Virus record (IMG/VR): IMGVR_UViG_3300028832_000095
Coordinates: 1-64,000 of that record
DNA length: 64,000 nucleotides
Direction: 5' to 3' (one strand)
Origin: a virus
Lineage: Duplodnaviria; Caudoviricetes
The position numbers and the translations under genes were made by a program. The notes beneath the pieces are model-generated. The model saw only the letters and a list, made by a program, of their open reading frames with translations, was not told the origin of the DNA and searched no databases. Shown here one piece after another: positions 18,334 to 30,100 of this stretch. How positions within the stretch are numbered: position 1 is the stretch's first letter; the number at the start of each line of letters is the position of its first letter.

Positions 18334-19022
18334 CACTTGCAGAATATACTGATGATATTATTTTTACTCTAGGTGGCACAGTTGTTGACTTAGAAATTGA
18401 AAAAGATATTCCTAGATGTGTAAACAAGGCGTTCAGAGAGATAAAGCAATATGTGACAACTCCTGCCTATATGACACTTCCTTACGGTGCTTCCGAACAT
18501 GGAATTGGTACTACAATTGATCTAAAAGATAAGAATGTGTATAGTGTAATAAATGTCATGCGCCCGAACACATATAACAGTCTGTCAATGAATACATTGG
18601 ATGTATTTGGATTAAACGCCACCTATAATGCTGTTACAAATGCAGAAGCATACGCAAACAGAATGCTATTGCTTCAACAACTTAATACAATATCTACTGA
18701 TTTAGATTTTGTATGGGATATGCATAGAAAGCAATTGAGTGTTACTATGAATCCACCTTTTGTTAATGCAATAACAATTCAATATATTCCGGATTATAAG
18801 GATGTAGAAGAAATACAAGATCCATTTTGGGTAGATAAGATATTAAAACTAGCAACAGCATATGCTAAACAGATATTAGGTAGAATTAGAAGTAAATATA
18901 CTTTGAATTCTGCTCAATATAATCTTGATGGTGAAACATTATTGAATGAAGCTAATCAAGAAATACAGGAGATACGAACATTTTTAGATACAAATGTAGA
19001 TCTTCTGTTACCTATTGATTAA
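18330..19022 (+). CDS. neck / head-tail adaptor (T4 gp13-like)
   Basis: LATAYAKQILGRIRSKY...LDGETLLNEA..EI motif; position. Confidence 0.72.
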   Translation: MTLAEYTDDIIFTLGGTVVDLEIEKDIPRCVNKAFREIKQYVTTPAYMTLPYGASEHGIGTTIDLKDKNVYSVINVMRPNTYNSLSMNTLDVFGLNATYNAVTNAEAYANRMLLLQQLNTISTDLDFVWDMHRKQLSVTMNPPFVNAITIQYIPDYKDVEEIQDPFWVDKILKLATAYAKQILGRIRSKYTLNSAQYNLDGETLLNEANQEIQEIRTFLDTNVDLLLPID

Positions 19023-19052
19023 ACATTTTATATGAAAGGATGTTATTTGATT

Positions 19053-20210
19053 ATGGCAACTTTAAATGTTTTTGAACTTACAAATCAGGAGCTGCGTAAG
19101 GACGAGAAGCAGCAAGCTAAACAGGAAAAGAAAACTGTTAAGGAGTCCGTTTCCAAAGTTTCTAAGAAAAAAGCACCGTTTGCTATTCCTGCCAAAAAGC
19201 TAAAGTTTGAGTCCCTTTCAAAATTCCGTGAGCTTTTAGAGGACGACAATACTGATGATAGTGACGTTGTGGCAGATTATACTCCGGATGATGAAGTGGT
19301 TCTCGTTATTGATCCAGATATGGACGAAGTTCCAGAGGATGTAGAAGAGGCTGAGGATGCTGCTGAAGAACTTATTGGTGCTCATGTTTGCAAGTGTGCT
19401 ATTTGTGGTGCAAATTATGTTACTGATGAGGAACTTTCAGAGGATATGGAAGTTGTAGACGAAACTTGCCCTGTTTGTGGTGAGGAAGGAGATCAGATTG
19501 TTGTTGGTGTTATTACTGCAACTGATGAACTTTCTGACGAGGACAAAGCAGACATTGATGATGTTGATGTCGAAGATGAAGTTACTGAGACTGAGGATGA
19601 CGGTGAGGTTGACTTCGAGGAAGATGAAGACGTTGACTTTGAGGAAGAGGAAGACGAGGACTTTGAGGAATCCGTTAAGCGTTCAAGAATGCGTACTATG
19701 AAACGCAAGGCTGAGTCTATCAGAAGAAAGCCTCTTGCTAGAAAGCCTGTTGTTCAGAAGAAAAAGGCATATAAGGAAAGCAACGCTTCCGATATTTCTT
19801 TTGATGAGGTTACATTCAACAGAATGCTTACTACATTTGCAAAAGAGAATTATGCAAATGTCAAGTTTGTAAAGGTTTCTAAAGGTACTGTTCGTGGTAA
19901 GAAACTCACTCTTGAAGGTGTTGTTACTACTACAAAGGGTTCTAAGCGTCCAATCAAGTTTGTCTGTGAGAACTTTAAGACTAACAGAAAGATGACACTG
20001 AACTTCAAAGAGTTTGGTCCTTTCACTGAGTCTGTAAAGAACACTGGTGCAACATTTGTTGTTGAGTGTGTTACCATGAGAGGTAAGATTACTCCTGTAT
20101 CCCTCCGTTATTCTTTCAAAGCAAAGAATGCTGGTATCAAGGAGAGCAAGAATCTTTACTCCGTGACAGGTAAGGTTTTAAGTGAATCTGTTCGTAGACG
20201 CAGAAAGTAA
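19053..20210 (+). CDS. acidic zinc-ribbon protein with many xxES motifs, putative internal head protein
   Basis: CAIC/CPVC; D/E tracts; VKES, KFES, FEES, YKES, IKES, LSES. Confidence 0.6.
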   Translation: MATLNVFELTNQELRKDEKQQAKQEKKTVKESVSKVSKKKAPFAIPAKKLKFESLSKFRELLEDDNTDDSDVVADYTPDDEVVLVIDPDMDEVPEDVEEAEDAAEELIGAHVCKCAICGANYVTDEELSEDMEVVDETCPVCGEEGDQIVVGVITATDELSDEDKADIDDVDVEDEVTETEDDGEVDFEEDEDVDFEEEEDEDFEESVKRSRMRTMKRKAESIRRKPLARKPVVQKKKAYKESNASDISFDEVTFNRMLTTFAKENYANVKFVKVSKGTVRGKKLTLEGVVTTTKGSKRPIKFVCENFKTNRKMTLNFKEFGPFTESVKNTGATFVVECVTMRGKITPVSLRYSFKAKNAGIKESKNLYSVTGKVLSESVRRRRK

Positions 20211-20241
20211 TATAAAATAATCATGAAGGGAGTTTTATAGT

Positions 20242-20835
20242 ATGAATAATTATTATAAAACTCCCTTGAATGAGATAACACGTTGGGAAATAATAAGAAG
20301 ATCACAAAGGGAATCCCCTGAAAGGTTTAATAAAAGTAAAGCTCGTATTTATAAACCAAAAGATTTTGATAATGTGGATTTTGAAAAATTATTTTCCAAT
20401 GACTCATTTGTATGGCGTTCCAGAGTTGGAGGCTACATTGTTACAATCTCATTCGAGGGTGCCTTTGCAAACTTATATCAAGTTATCAGAGGTTGGTCTG
20501 GAAAGAATAGGTGGAAAAGAATAACTCTTAAAATTCTTACTGATTGTTTATCTAAAGCTCTTGACGAGGAAGATTTACAAGTTGACTGTTACGATTGCCC
20601 AGATTTCAAATACCGTTTTGCGTACTATCTATCACAACCTAAAATTGATGGAAAGTATGGAGTAAAACAAAACGTAGAACCAACGGTAAGAAATGTCAAA
20701 AATAATAAAGGTTATGTATGCAAACACATATTGGCTGTATTATATGGAAAAAGATGGGTTCCTGCTGCTGCTAAAGCATGGCTACAGTATATTCAAGCTA
20801 ACCCAGAATTAGCGGAAGAACTTATCTGGGGGTGA
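20242..20835 (+). CDS. SWIM-like zinc-finger protein
   Basis: CYDCPDF...CKHILAVL. Confidence 0.65.
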   Translation: MNNYYKTPLNEITRWEIIRRSQRESPERFNKSKARIYKPKDFDNVDFEKLFSNDSFVWRSRVGGYIVTISFEGAFANLYQVIRGWSGKNRWKRITLKILTDCLSKALDEEDLQVDCYDCPDFKYRFAYYLSQPKIDGKYGVKQNVEPTVRNVKNNKGYVCKHILAVLYGKRWVPAAAKAWLQYIQANPELAEELIWG

Positions 20836-21320
20836 TTTTAATGGGTTTATTGACACAGAAAGATTCTACAATATTTAGACAATTCTTTAAGGAAATGGCT
20901 AAACTGCGTGGAATAACTGTAATATATCAATATCCAATAGATATGGACTTTACAATATATGCGGAAGAAAATCCAAAAGGATATTCAGAAGAAATACTAA
21001 TGGATATTATATTTAATGAAAATCCAAAAATCACTACTTTAAGGAAATACGGGTGGGTTTCCGAAATACCAGATGATAAGCCATATACGGCAGAACTTCC
21101 ATATGATGCTAAGAATCTATGTAAAGGTTGTAGAATTAGTATTGTTCCACCACTTCCACTAGCACCAAAAAGAACATTTGTAATAACAGATATTCAAGCA
21201 AACCTAGAATTTCCGGATAGTTGGATTTGCAAATTAGCTCCTGTTTTTGAAAAGAAAACACAAGAAAAACTGAAAGGCTATAAAGATAAGAACAATGTGT
21301 TTATGAATATAGAGGACTGA
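20832..21320 (+). CDS. putative head-closure/neck protein
   Basis: position in neck module; weak resemblance only. Confidence 0.45.
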   Translation: MILMGLLTQKDSTIFRQFFKEMAKLRGITVIYQYPIDMDFTIYAEENPKGYSEEILMDIIFNENPKITTLRKYGWVSEIPDDKPYTAELPYDAKNLCKGCRISIVPPLPLAPKRTFVITDIQANLEFPDSWICKLAPVFEKKTQEKLKGYKDKNNVFMNIED

Positions 21321-21323
21321 ATA

Positions 21324-21761
21324 ATGTTACAAGTCAGATATCCATTAAATATGGCTGAATCAGACAGAGACAAACAATCATATATTAGATTGTGTTTGTT
21401 AGATTTGGCAACCTTTAAGATCATACTTAGACAGTATATGAATATACCAAGACTTATAGCCTTACAAGGAACCTTTGATAAGAGTAAGGTGTTAAAAACC
21501 ACCTTTTTAAGAACTAATACTAAACATACTGTTCTTATCGCAGATCAGTTTATAAATGAGTTAAGATGTAGATTTGACGAACAAAGCGGATACTGTTATT
21601 ATTACATACCTAGAACAATAAGATGTATTGGAACAAATATATCTTTATTGTATATAATAAAACTTATCGAATATGGAAATGATGTCATACCTCCTTTCGG
21701 GTGGATATCACACAGCTACTTAAAGTTCAAAGATTATCTGAAAGAGAGGAGTATGACATGA
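21324..21761 (+). CDS. hypothetical protein
   Basis: 145-aa ORF, GAGGA RBS, coupled to next gene. Confidence 0.6.
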   Translation: MLQVRYPLNMAESDRDKQSYIRLCLLDLATFKIILRQYMNIPRLIALQGTFDKSKVLKTTFLRTNTKHTVLIADQFINELRCRFDEQSGYCYYYIPRTIRCIGTNISLLYIIKLIEYGNDVIPPFGWISHSYLKFKDYLKERSMT

Positions 21762-22342
21762 GTGTAAAAAGTTATGATGATGCAATCATAGATAAATTCA
21801 GAGAAATTTTCAATGATGAAACTATATCCATACTCCCTGTTGAAAATGCTATTAGATTTTCAGCACAACTTAGAAAAGATGATGTTACATTTCCAATGAT
21901 ATCTACTACACGATTAGGATACTCTTTAAGAAATTCTGATGTCAATTTCAATGCCAAGATGATTGGTGGATTTGTAGGAAGAAACGGATTAAACGACAAT
22001 ATTTTTGAACAAGTGCTTCCAATACGAATAGAATATCAATTAGATGTTTTTACAGTTGACAGAGAATCTTGTGATGAAATAGTTAGAGAATTGGTATTTT
22101 TCTTACACCAACATCCAACATTAAAAGCACATTTTGAATACGGTCTTGATGTGGATCATAATTTCAATTTGTTCCTAAACGATGATATAGTTGATAATTC
22201 AGATACAGTTGATCATTATGATAAAGGTGTTTTATTTAGAAACACATTGACTTTTTACACTGATGATGCCGTTCTTGTTAGGAGTAAAAAACAAAAACAA
22301 GGTGAAATAAAGGCATCTGTAAAACCAATGCGAAGAAAATAA
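21758..22342 (+). CDS. putative tail terminator / sheath stabiliser (gp15-like)
   Basis: FPMIS...PIRIEYQLDVFT...DEIVRE pattern; upstream of sheath. Confidence 0.6.
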   Translation: MSVKSYDDAIIDKFREIFNDETISILPVENAIRFSAQLRKDDVTFPMISTTRLGYSLRNSDVNFNAKMIGGFVGRNGLNDNIFEQVLPIRIEYQLDVFTVDRESCDEIVRELVFFLHQHPTLKAHFEYGLDVDHNFNLFLNDDIVDNSDTVDHYDKGVLFRNTLTFYTDDAVLVRSKKQKQGEIKASVKPMRRK

Positions 22343-22361
22343 TAAAAGGAGGTTTATATAG

Positions 22362-22817
22362 ATGTTCGCTATTAAAAACCTTACGGGCAGAAATGTAATT
22401 TTTCAAGGAATGACTATTTTACCTTATGCACAGGTTATGGTTTCTTCCATTTATGATTTTACGGCTCTGTCTAAATTTACAAACGCTGGCAAACTTAGTT
22501 ATACCAGAGTTGAACCCAAAAAAGAAGAAGTAAAGAAGGAACCTGTAAAAGTTGAATTTCCTGTTATTAAGGAAGATGTGAAACCTGTTGTAGAGGTTAA
22601 ACAAGAACCTAAAAAATATGAGATCAAACAGGAGTCTAAAAAGGAAGTTAAAGAGGAAGTCAAACCTGTTGAGGTAGAATCTGTTGAGGTAGAACCTGTT
22701 GTCGAGGAAACTAAAACGGTTGACAAGGTAGAGGAAAAGGTAGAAGAAAAAGAGGTAAAGGATACCAAGAAGAAAAACACTTCTTCCAAAAAATATAATA
22801 AAAAGTGGGATAACTGA
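22362..22817 (+). CDS. hypothetical protein with K/E/V/P low-complexity tail
   Basis: AGGAGG RBS; repetitive EVKEEVKPV. Confidence 0.7.
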   Translation: MFAIKNLTGRNVIFQGMTILPYAQVMVSSIYDFTALSKFTNAGKLSYTRVEPKKEEVKKEPVKVEFPVIKEDVKPVVEVKQEPKKYEIKQESKKEVKEEVKPVEVESVEVEPVVEETKTVDKVEEKVEEKEVKDTKKKNTSSKKYNKKWDN

Positions 22818-22851
22818 TTCGCCAAAATAAACTTTGAAAGGGGAAAAAGAT

Positions 22852-25374
22852 ATGCCTCAGATTAAAGTCAATGAAATTGACCAAAGTGTTGTAACAAGAG
22901 TTGTTTCCGATGATAAGGTAAAAATTCTTGTACCTATTATTGCATCCTTTGGTCCAACACTCCAAGATTCTGATGACGGTGAACCGATATCTGTAAATAC
23001 TTTTACAGATATTACTGATTTTAACCGTATGTATGGATATACAGAGGTTGAATTCAATCCGTTTAAGGAAGAGTATTCACGCAACTATGCCGCACAACTT
23101 ATTCAAAAAGGCGGTGCTGTTTCTGTTGTTAGAGTGAATAAGGGTGATACTGCATCCTTTAAGCTTGCTCCAGATGAGGCTGATAGAACAAATCCATCAG
23201 CAAATACTGTTTGTCCTGCTACATTAGAGGAAGACTATTACGATAATGTTTCACTAAAAGACAAAACAACATTTGTTACAACATTAGATAATACTGACAT
23301 TGTTCCGGGTACTGTTAATATCACATATACTGTTTCCGATGGAACTGTTTATACGGTTGTTGATGTTCCAACAGAAGCAGCAACAATTACATCTGGTACA
23401 ATTACAGCCGGCGCTTATGTTGGAACTATTACTTATGCGACAGGTGCTATTTCTTGGACAGGTACACCACCAGAACTTAAATCAAATACAAAAGTTCTGT
23501 ACGATTTCAAAGTAAAGAACTTTGTTAAAGGTACTTTCTGTCCTCAGATCGCAAGCATTGAAGCAAAATATGACGGTTCATTCGGTAATGATATTATGAT
23601 CGGAATTACACAGCTTACAACCGCAAATGTTTCACAATCTTATCAATATGCAAATATTTCTGTATACAGAACTATTAAGAATATTGTGAAACAGTCTGAT
23701 GGAACATATAATACAGTAATTTCTGGTATCTCTGTTCTTGAAACAAAGCGTGTTACGACTGATCCGGATAGTCCATATTACTTTGAAGATGTTGATTTTG
23801 ATTTCATTAAGATACTTGGAACACCTACAGCAAGAGAGGAACTGAGTATTATTTGGAGTAATATTTCTACAAATCCTGAAACATCTCCAGTAAAATATTC
23901 TGGTTTTCCATCAGTCCGTGTTAGATATAACACATCTACTGGAATGGTATATAATACAAATGCATTACTTTCGGATGGTTCTGACTTTGCAGGATATAAG
24001 CCAGAATTACTTGAAAAGCTGAGAAAAGGATTTAAGGGTTATTATTCTGGCAGCACATGGACACTTTTCGATGTTTATGAATATCAGGAAGAGACATATG
24101 GAAGCAATACTGCTGTTGTTCCATATATTTACAAATCAATAGCAAACATATATAAGAACTTCACAGACCCATATGTATACGATTTTGATTTCATTACAAG
24201 TGGTGGATTTGTTTATACAAAGTATAGTGAAACCGTTGTGACAACACAAACAACTGTTGAAGATGAAAAACTCACATCTACTCTCACACTTGCTAATGGT
24301 TCAGTTAAACCTGGAACAGTTTCTTTCACAACAGGTGGTGCTGACTATTCCGATTCTCAGGATGAGAATAATCCCTATGTTGGAAAAATATACACAGGAA
24401 CAAGTGATCCAATTGGGTACATTGATTATTCTACGGGTGTTCTAACTAATGTTAGTGGTAGTACAGTTATTGCTGCTAATGTTGAAGTGACATATTCATA
24501 TATTACAAGTGTTACACCTCAGATTCCACAGATTCCAATTACCGGAGATGCAACAAAGAAATATTCAACATACTACGATAAGGTTAATGATATTCATGCA
24601 GAAATGAGGAATCTTGTAGAAACAAGACAGGATTGTATTGCATTATTTGATGTTCCATATGATTATGATACAAGTCTTATTGTCGATTATTCTGGAATGT
24701 TAAATACTTCTTATGGTACTATCCATCATCCGTGGTGTTGGGTACAACATCCAACAATTGCTAATAAGCAGATCAGAATGGCTCCATCCTATATCTTCCT
24801 TTACACATTCTTATCTAATCTGATTGACAATGTTGATTCTCAAAAGTGGTTCCCACCAGCTGGTGTTAAGAGAGCTACTGCAAGAGTTGTAAAGCGTCCT
24901 GATTATGAGATCGGTTCTGTTATCCTTAATATGTGGCAGAATGATAATATTTCCAGAGTCAACCCGATTATGAAGTTAAAGCAGTACGGATATGTTATCT
25001 ACGGTCAGTACACTACTTTACAGGCAATTGATCTTTACACACATTCTGCATTAGAGAGCCTTAATGTAAGACTTATTTCAAATGTTGTTAAGAAGAAGAT
25101 ATTTGATGTTTGTCTTAACCTTGCATTTGAGCCAAACACTTCTACACTCTGGTTGAAGTTCTTTGCTCAGATGGATGAGTTCTTACGTTATATGAAGTAT
25201 AATGACGGTGTGTATGATTATAAGATCAAGATGGATGAATCTACTGTCACAACGGATGATATCAACCACCTGAGATGCCCTGGTAAGGTATGGATCGCAC
25301 CTACAAGAACAGCAGAATTCTTTGATATTGATTTCATTATCACAGAAGCTGGCGCACTGTTCCCAGAAGACTAA
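22852..25374 (+). CDS. contractile tail sheath protein
   Basis: PQIKVNEIDQS start; WFPPAG, RVNPI, LNVRLI, FEPN, IAPTRTAEF motifs. Confidence 0.92.
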   Translation: MPQIKVNEIDQSVVTRVVSDDKVKILVPIIASFGPTLQDSDDGEPISVNTFTDITDFNRMYGYTEVEFNPFKEEYSRNYAAQLIQKGGAVSVVRVNKGDTASFKLAPDEADRTNPSANTVCPATLEEDYYDNVSLKDKTTFVTTLDNTDIVPGTVNITYTVSDGTVYTVVDVPTEAATITSGTITAGAYVGTITYATGAISWTGTPPELKSNTKVLYDFKVKNFVKGTFCPQIASIEAKYDGSFGNDIMIGITQLTTANVSQSYQYANISVYRTIKNIVKQSDGTYNTVISGISVLETKRVTTDPDSPYYFEDVDFDFIKILGTPTAREELSIIWSNISTNPETSPVKYSGFPSVRVRYNTSTGMVYNTNALLSDGSDFAGYKPELLEKLRKGFKGYYSGSTWTLFDVYEYQEETYGSNTAVVPYIYKSIANIYKNFTDPYVYDFDFITSGGFVYTKYSETVVTTQTTVEDEKLTSTLTLANGSVKPGTVSFTTGGADYSDSQDENNPYVGKIYTGTSDPIGYIDYSTGVLTNVSGSTVIAANVEVTYSYITSVTPQIPQIPITGDATKKYSTYYDKVNDIHAEMRNLVETRQDCIALFDVPYDYDTSLIVDYSGMLNTSYGTIHHPWCWVQHPTIANKQIRMAPSYIFLYTFLSNLIDNVDSQKWFPPAGVKRATARVVKRPDYEIGSVILNMWQNDNISRVNPIMKLKQYGYVIYGQYTTLQAIDLYTHSALESLNVRLISNVVKKKIFDVCLNLAFEPNTSTLWLKFFAQMDEFLRYMKYNDGVYDYKIKMDESTVTTDDINHLRCPGKVWIAPTRTAEFFDIDFIITEAGALFPED

Positions 25375-25395
25375 TCAGAAGGAGAGTGAAACTAT

Positions 25396-25962
25396 ATGGC
25401 AAATATTGCAAATGCACCACTTCATCTTGGTGCTTATCATATGATTGGTGATGATAATTGGGAGCCTCAAAGAACGAATAACTTTGAAATACAGTTTCCT
25501 AACCTTGGTCAGCTAACCAGTATTGATACAGGTTTGGCACTTCCGGGTAATGCGAGTGATCTATTAACACTTTCTGTAAAGAGTGTTTCATATCCGTCTA
25601 CTAACATTGATAAACTAACTGTTCAATATGGAAACAACTCTGTAAACTATGCCGGAAAGCCTACATATGGTGATGTGGAGATTGTTGTTAATGACTTTAT
25701 TGGTATTCAGACAGAAAGAATTATCATGGCATGGAGCAAGCTCGTTTACAATCCGAAGAATGAGACAGTTGGTTGGGCAAGTCAGTATAAGAGAGATGGA
25801 TATCTTTTAGAGTATTCTCCTGACGGAACAGTTGTTAGAAGAACACAGCTTCAGGGATGTTTCCCCGGAACAGTTTCTCCCGGTAACTTCGATAACGAGA
25901 ATAATTCTATTAGAGAGATCTCAGTGACATTCTATGTTGATGTGGCAATCCCACTTGACTGA
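25396..25962 (+). CDS. tail tube protein (gp19-like)
   Basis: RTNNFEI...YAGKPTYGD...YKRDG..LQGCFP; follows sheath. Confidence 0.88.
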   Translation: MANIANAPLHLGAYHMIGDDNWEPQRTNNFEIQFPNLGQLTSIDTGLALPGNASDLLTLSVKSVSYPSTNIDKLTVQYGNNSVNYAGKPTYGDVEIVVNDFIGIQTERIIMAWSKLVYNPKNETVGWASQYKRDGYLLEYSPDGTVVRRTQLQGCFPGTVSPGNFDNENNSIREISVTFYVDVAIPLD

Positions 25963-25986
25963 TAGTTTGTTAGATTTATTATGAAC

Positions 25987-26025
25987 AATGGGTGCTAAGT
26001 AAAGATTAAACTTAGCACCCATTTA
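25987..26025 (+). terminator. stem-loop terminator
   Basis: AATGGGTGCTAAGT / ACTTAGCACCCATT. Confidence 0.75.
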
Positions 26026-26113
26026 TACATTTTAAGGATATTTGAACTATAAATATACAGTTTTTAGGTAACTGTAAACGGAATCTTATATGTTTATTTT
26101 GGAGGAAATAAAT

Positions 26114-26890
26114 ATGAGTAATCTTATCACAGAAAATCTAGTATTACCTAGTGCTTCCACTCATCTTTATGGAAGTAATTTTGACGGTCACATAACGCTT
26201 AGAGCTATGACAACAGATGAAGAAAGAGTAAGACTTAGCGGACAATCTTTCTTTGCTACCATGTCAAGAATTGTAAATGATTGTATTGTAGATAATAAGA
26301 ATCCGGACGGAACTTATAAATTAGACAGTACATCCCTTACAGATTTTGATTTCTTTGCTGTATGTGTCAAACTTAGGATTATGTCTTATGGTAAGATGTA
26401 TAAGACAGTATGTACTTGTTCTAAGTGTGGTCATCAATTTATTAAGAAGGTTGATTTATCTGATCTTACCTATAACCTTGTTCCGGAAGATTTCTCAGAG
26501 CCTTATGAAATCGGACCTCTGCCGTCAAGTGGAGATACATTAGGTTGTAGATTTCTTAGAGTGAAAGATATAATCGACATTGAAAAGAAAAAAGAAATTC
26601 TTCTAGCAAAGAATCCAGACTATGTAGGTGATCCCACATATAACATGGAGATGGAAAGAAGAATTATGACTGTAAACGGTCAGGATATGGACTATATCAA
26701 AGCAGAAGATTATGTTCATAAAATGATTGCTATGGATAGCTATGTATATCATGATAAGATTGATAAACATGGATTTGGTGTTATTAGAGTGAACTTTACA
26801 AATTGTGAAAGTGCTCTTGGTTGTGATGGAAGTGCTTATTGGGTGTTGAAGCCCGACAGGGAGTTTTTTCGACCCTGTTTTGATGATTAA
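26114..26890 (+). CDS. tail assembly chaperone / gp26-like hub assembly protein
   Basis: LPS..LRAMTTDEE, LRIMSYG, CSKCG, LPSSG, terminal FFRP; between tube and tape measure. Confidence 0.7.
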   Translation: MSNLITENLVLPSASTHLYGSNFDGHITLRAMTTDEERVRLSGQSFFATMSRIVNDCIVDNKNPDGTYKLDSTSLTDFDFFAVCVKLRIMSYGKMYKTVCTCSKCGHQFIKKVDLSDLTYNLVPEDFSEPYEIGPLPSSGDTLGCRFLRVKDIIDIEKKKEILLAKNPDYVGDPTYNMEMERRIMTVNGQDMDYIKAEDYVHKMIAMDSYVYHDKIDKHGFGVIRVNFTNCESALGCDGSAYWVLKPDREFFRPCFDD

Positions 26891-27116
26891 AGGCAGACCG
26901 TACAGTTCTTTACAATATGAAGATATATTGAAAGAACAACTTTTAATCGCTTATTTATCTAAAGGTGCTATAACAATCACAGAGACAAATAATATGCCAA
27001 TAAATGATAGAAAAATTCTTCTACATACACTTCAACAAGCAGAAGAAGCTAAAAGAAAACATATGGAAGAATTGAAAGAAAAACAAAAATATAATAAGTT
27101 ACGAAATAAAAAATAA
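26880..27116 (+). CDS. small chaperone-like ORF, possible +1 frameshift extension of upstream gene
   Basis: overlaps upstream ORF in +1 frame; NMPINDRK motif; weak own RBS. Confidence 0.6.
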   Translation: MMIKGRPYSSLQYEDILKEQLLIAYLSKGAITITETNNMPINDRKILLHTLQQAEEAKRKHMEELKEKQKYNKLRNKK

Positions 27117-27131
27117 TGGTGGTGAGGTTTA

Positions 27132-30100
27132 ATGCCTGATATCAATAATAATGGACAAGGAAATCCGATGAATGGTGGGTACAATGGCGGAAATAACCCT
27201 ACCGATATACTTTCTACAATCACACAAACCTTGACTCAATCATTAGGATCAGTAGAAAGACAACTGCAAAATATATCTACGCAGCTCATAAATTTGAATG
27301 GGCAAACAACACAGGCAAATAGGAATAGCCAGAATTTTATTCGTAACTTCACGGGAAATAGACGTTCTCGTGGTATGGCATATCAAGAAAAAACATTAAA
27401 TAATTTATATAGTGAATTAAAAAAATTAAGAAATGACACAAAGGTATCTACAATTGGTAATGGTTACGGTAAGGGTATTGATGGAGCTATTGCATCTGGG
27501 TTCAATAAGATACAGAAGAAGTATCAGGAATCATTAAATAAGATACAACAAAAACTTCAAACAGATTCAAACATACAACAATTGCAACAACTTGTAACCA
27601 GAACAGCACAAGGCTTGGAACGTGTACGACAACAAAAAACACAGGCAGAACAATCTGGAAATACCACAGAAGTACATAGGTTAGAACAAATAATACAAAG
27701 TAGAGAAAATGCACTAACACAACAACAGCAAAACCTTGATTCGCAAATGGCTAGATATACACAACAAATGGAAGATGCCTACGAAGAAAATTCAAGAGCC
27801 GTACAAGCTCTACAACAAAGCTACGAAGCATTAAATGAAGTTAATTCAAAATTATCAGGTGCTTACTCAGACTTATCTTCTATATCTCCGGCTTTTGCAA
27901 ACTTTATTGAAAATCAGGATAAACTTTCAAAGAAAGATCAGTATAAAGAAGCTGTTAATAAGGCTATCGAGGTTGTCACAGAATCAATAACACAACTAGA
28001 AGAAAAAATAGCTTCTCTAAGTGATGAAGATTCAGAACAAAAAGAGATACTTGAAAAACAGCTTAAAAATGCAAATGAGCAAAAAGATTATCTTAAAAAT
28101 CTAAAACCGATAAAAGATAATACAAGACAAATGTGGACATCACTAAAAGATGTTGGTGGAGCAGTTATAAAAGGTGCTTTAACTGGATTAAAGAACAGTC
28201 TTGAAAATAGATATCTTGATACATATGCCGAAGGATTCCAAAGAGTATATGATTCTGTAGAATCTACAAGAAATGAAATTTCCGCAAGACTGAGATTTAA
28301 TCAAGGTCAGTTTGATGATATGCAAAATAACATTCAAGCTGAGATAAAAGCACAAGGTCTTGAAGGAGCTATTTCATTAGTAGATGTTAATGAAGCCGTG
28401 CAAGGTCTTGTAGCTGCTGGTATTACAGATCAAGAGACTATTGAAAAACTTGCTTTTGAACAAGCTAAGTTAAAATATATGGGAAGTCCTTTTGATCTTC
28501 AAAATGAAGGAAACCTTTCCTACATCATGAGTGAAATAAACAAAGGAACTGATATAGACACTATTGTTCAAGGTTTTGAAACATTATCTGCTACTGCAAG
28601 AACATTAGGAGAAGAGTATGGAAACACAATGGCTCTTGCTAATGGTGGCGCACAAACAACACTAAGTCAGATATTTTCAATGGGAGAAGCTGCCGGAAAA
28701 AGTTACGAGCAGATAATATCAGATGCACAAGATGCAATGATATCCCAAATGAGTTTGGCATCATATAATGTTTCTTCTGATTTATTAACATCAATGCTAA
28801 AAGAAATACAGGAGCAAAATATTAGCAGTACATCTCCATTTAATCAATACTTATTGCAACAAGGTTTAAGTGCTGATACAATGAGATATCTTTCTGTTGG
28901 TGAACAACAAGATAAACTTGTAAGAGCTTTACAAGAAGCTACTGATCAAGGAGGGGAAGTTCCAAACTGGCTAAAGCCTTTAATGGAAACATGGGGTATT
29001 GGAGCACAATATACCGATATTGCAAATTTTCTACAAGGTGCAAAATCTCAAAAAGGAATACAAACATCTAATACACCACAACAGCAAAAAGAAATAGAAA
29101 AACTACAAAAAGAAGATCAAGAAGCAATGCAAAAAGCATTGTATAAATCTCAAACAGAAAAAGTAAACACAGAATATGAAAATAAAATGACAGATTTAGC
29201 ACAAAATGCAGAACATTTCTTTGAGGGCGATACTATTTTTATGTCACAAATAAATAACATAAAAAATGGTATTGATTCTATTATTGATATTCTTGCTACT
29301 TTTGCATGGTCTTCTATAACTGGTGGAGCTAGAGGATTATTTGGTGGTGGAGGTGCTGGTGGAGCCGGAGGTACTGGCGGTGCCGGTGGAAGTTTATTAT
29401 CTGCGACCAATGTTAAAGACTTTATGACTGGTTCAGGTGGAACAACAGCGGGAGCACTCGGAAAAGCCGCAGGAATTGCCTATGGAGCATATAATTTCGG
29501 TTCTGCATTAGCATCAAATGTGCAAAGAAACGATGATGGTTCTATAAACTATTTGCAAACAACTGTTGAAACTCTCTCAGATAAACAAGCGTTAGAAGGA
29601 ATTATGGAGGGTGTTGGTGGTGCCGTTGCAGGTCCTATTGGTTCAGCCGTTGGAAAGTTGTCTGTTGATTTAGGAACAGCAGTAGATCAATTTTTTGGAA
29701 TCAGTAAAGGATTGGTTGAATGGGATCCTCTTGGATTAGCAGGTGAAGATGACGGATTTAATAGTTTATTAAATAGTTTTCAAGAAGCTGCTGATAAATT
29801 AGGTGAAGCCGCAAATGCCCAATTAGATAGTGCTCAAACAAGTCTTAACGATTTTAAGACAATGAATGCCGATCAAAAGAAAAATATATTGTTACAACAA
29901 GCTCGTCAAGGTGAATTATTGGACGAGCAAAGTAATAAAATAGAACTTGAAACAATAAACGCTATGAACGAAGAAGATATAAATAAACTATTTGCGAATA
30001 CAGTTGAAAAACAATATAAATTACAGGAAGAGCAAGCAAAAGCAGATATTGAAAAAGCAAATATGCAAGCCGCTATTGCTACACAACGAGCAACAGTTGC

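Noticed and set aside
2757-26055. T4-type late promoter TATAAATA at 2757, 6206 and 26048
   Set aside because: Intergenic but expected by chance in such AT-rich DNA; not seen before most late genes, and no gp55-like sigma gene in the window.
29320-29400. Gly-rich GGT/GGA repeat in tape measure gene
   Set aside because: Ordinary low-complexity coding linker.
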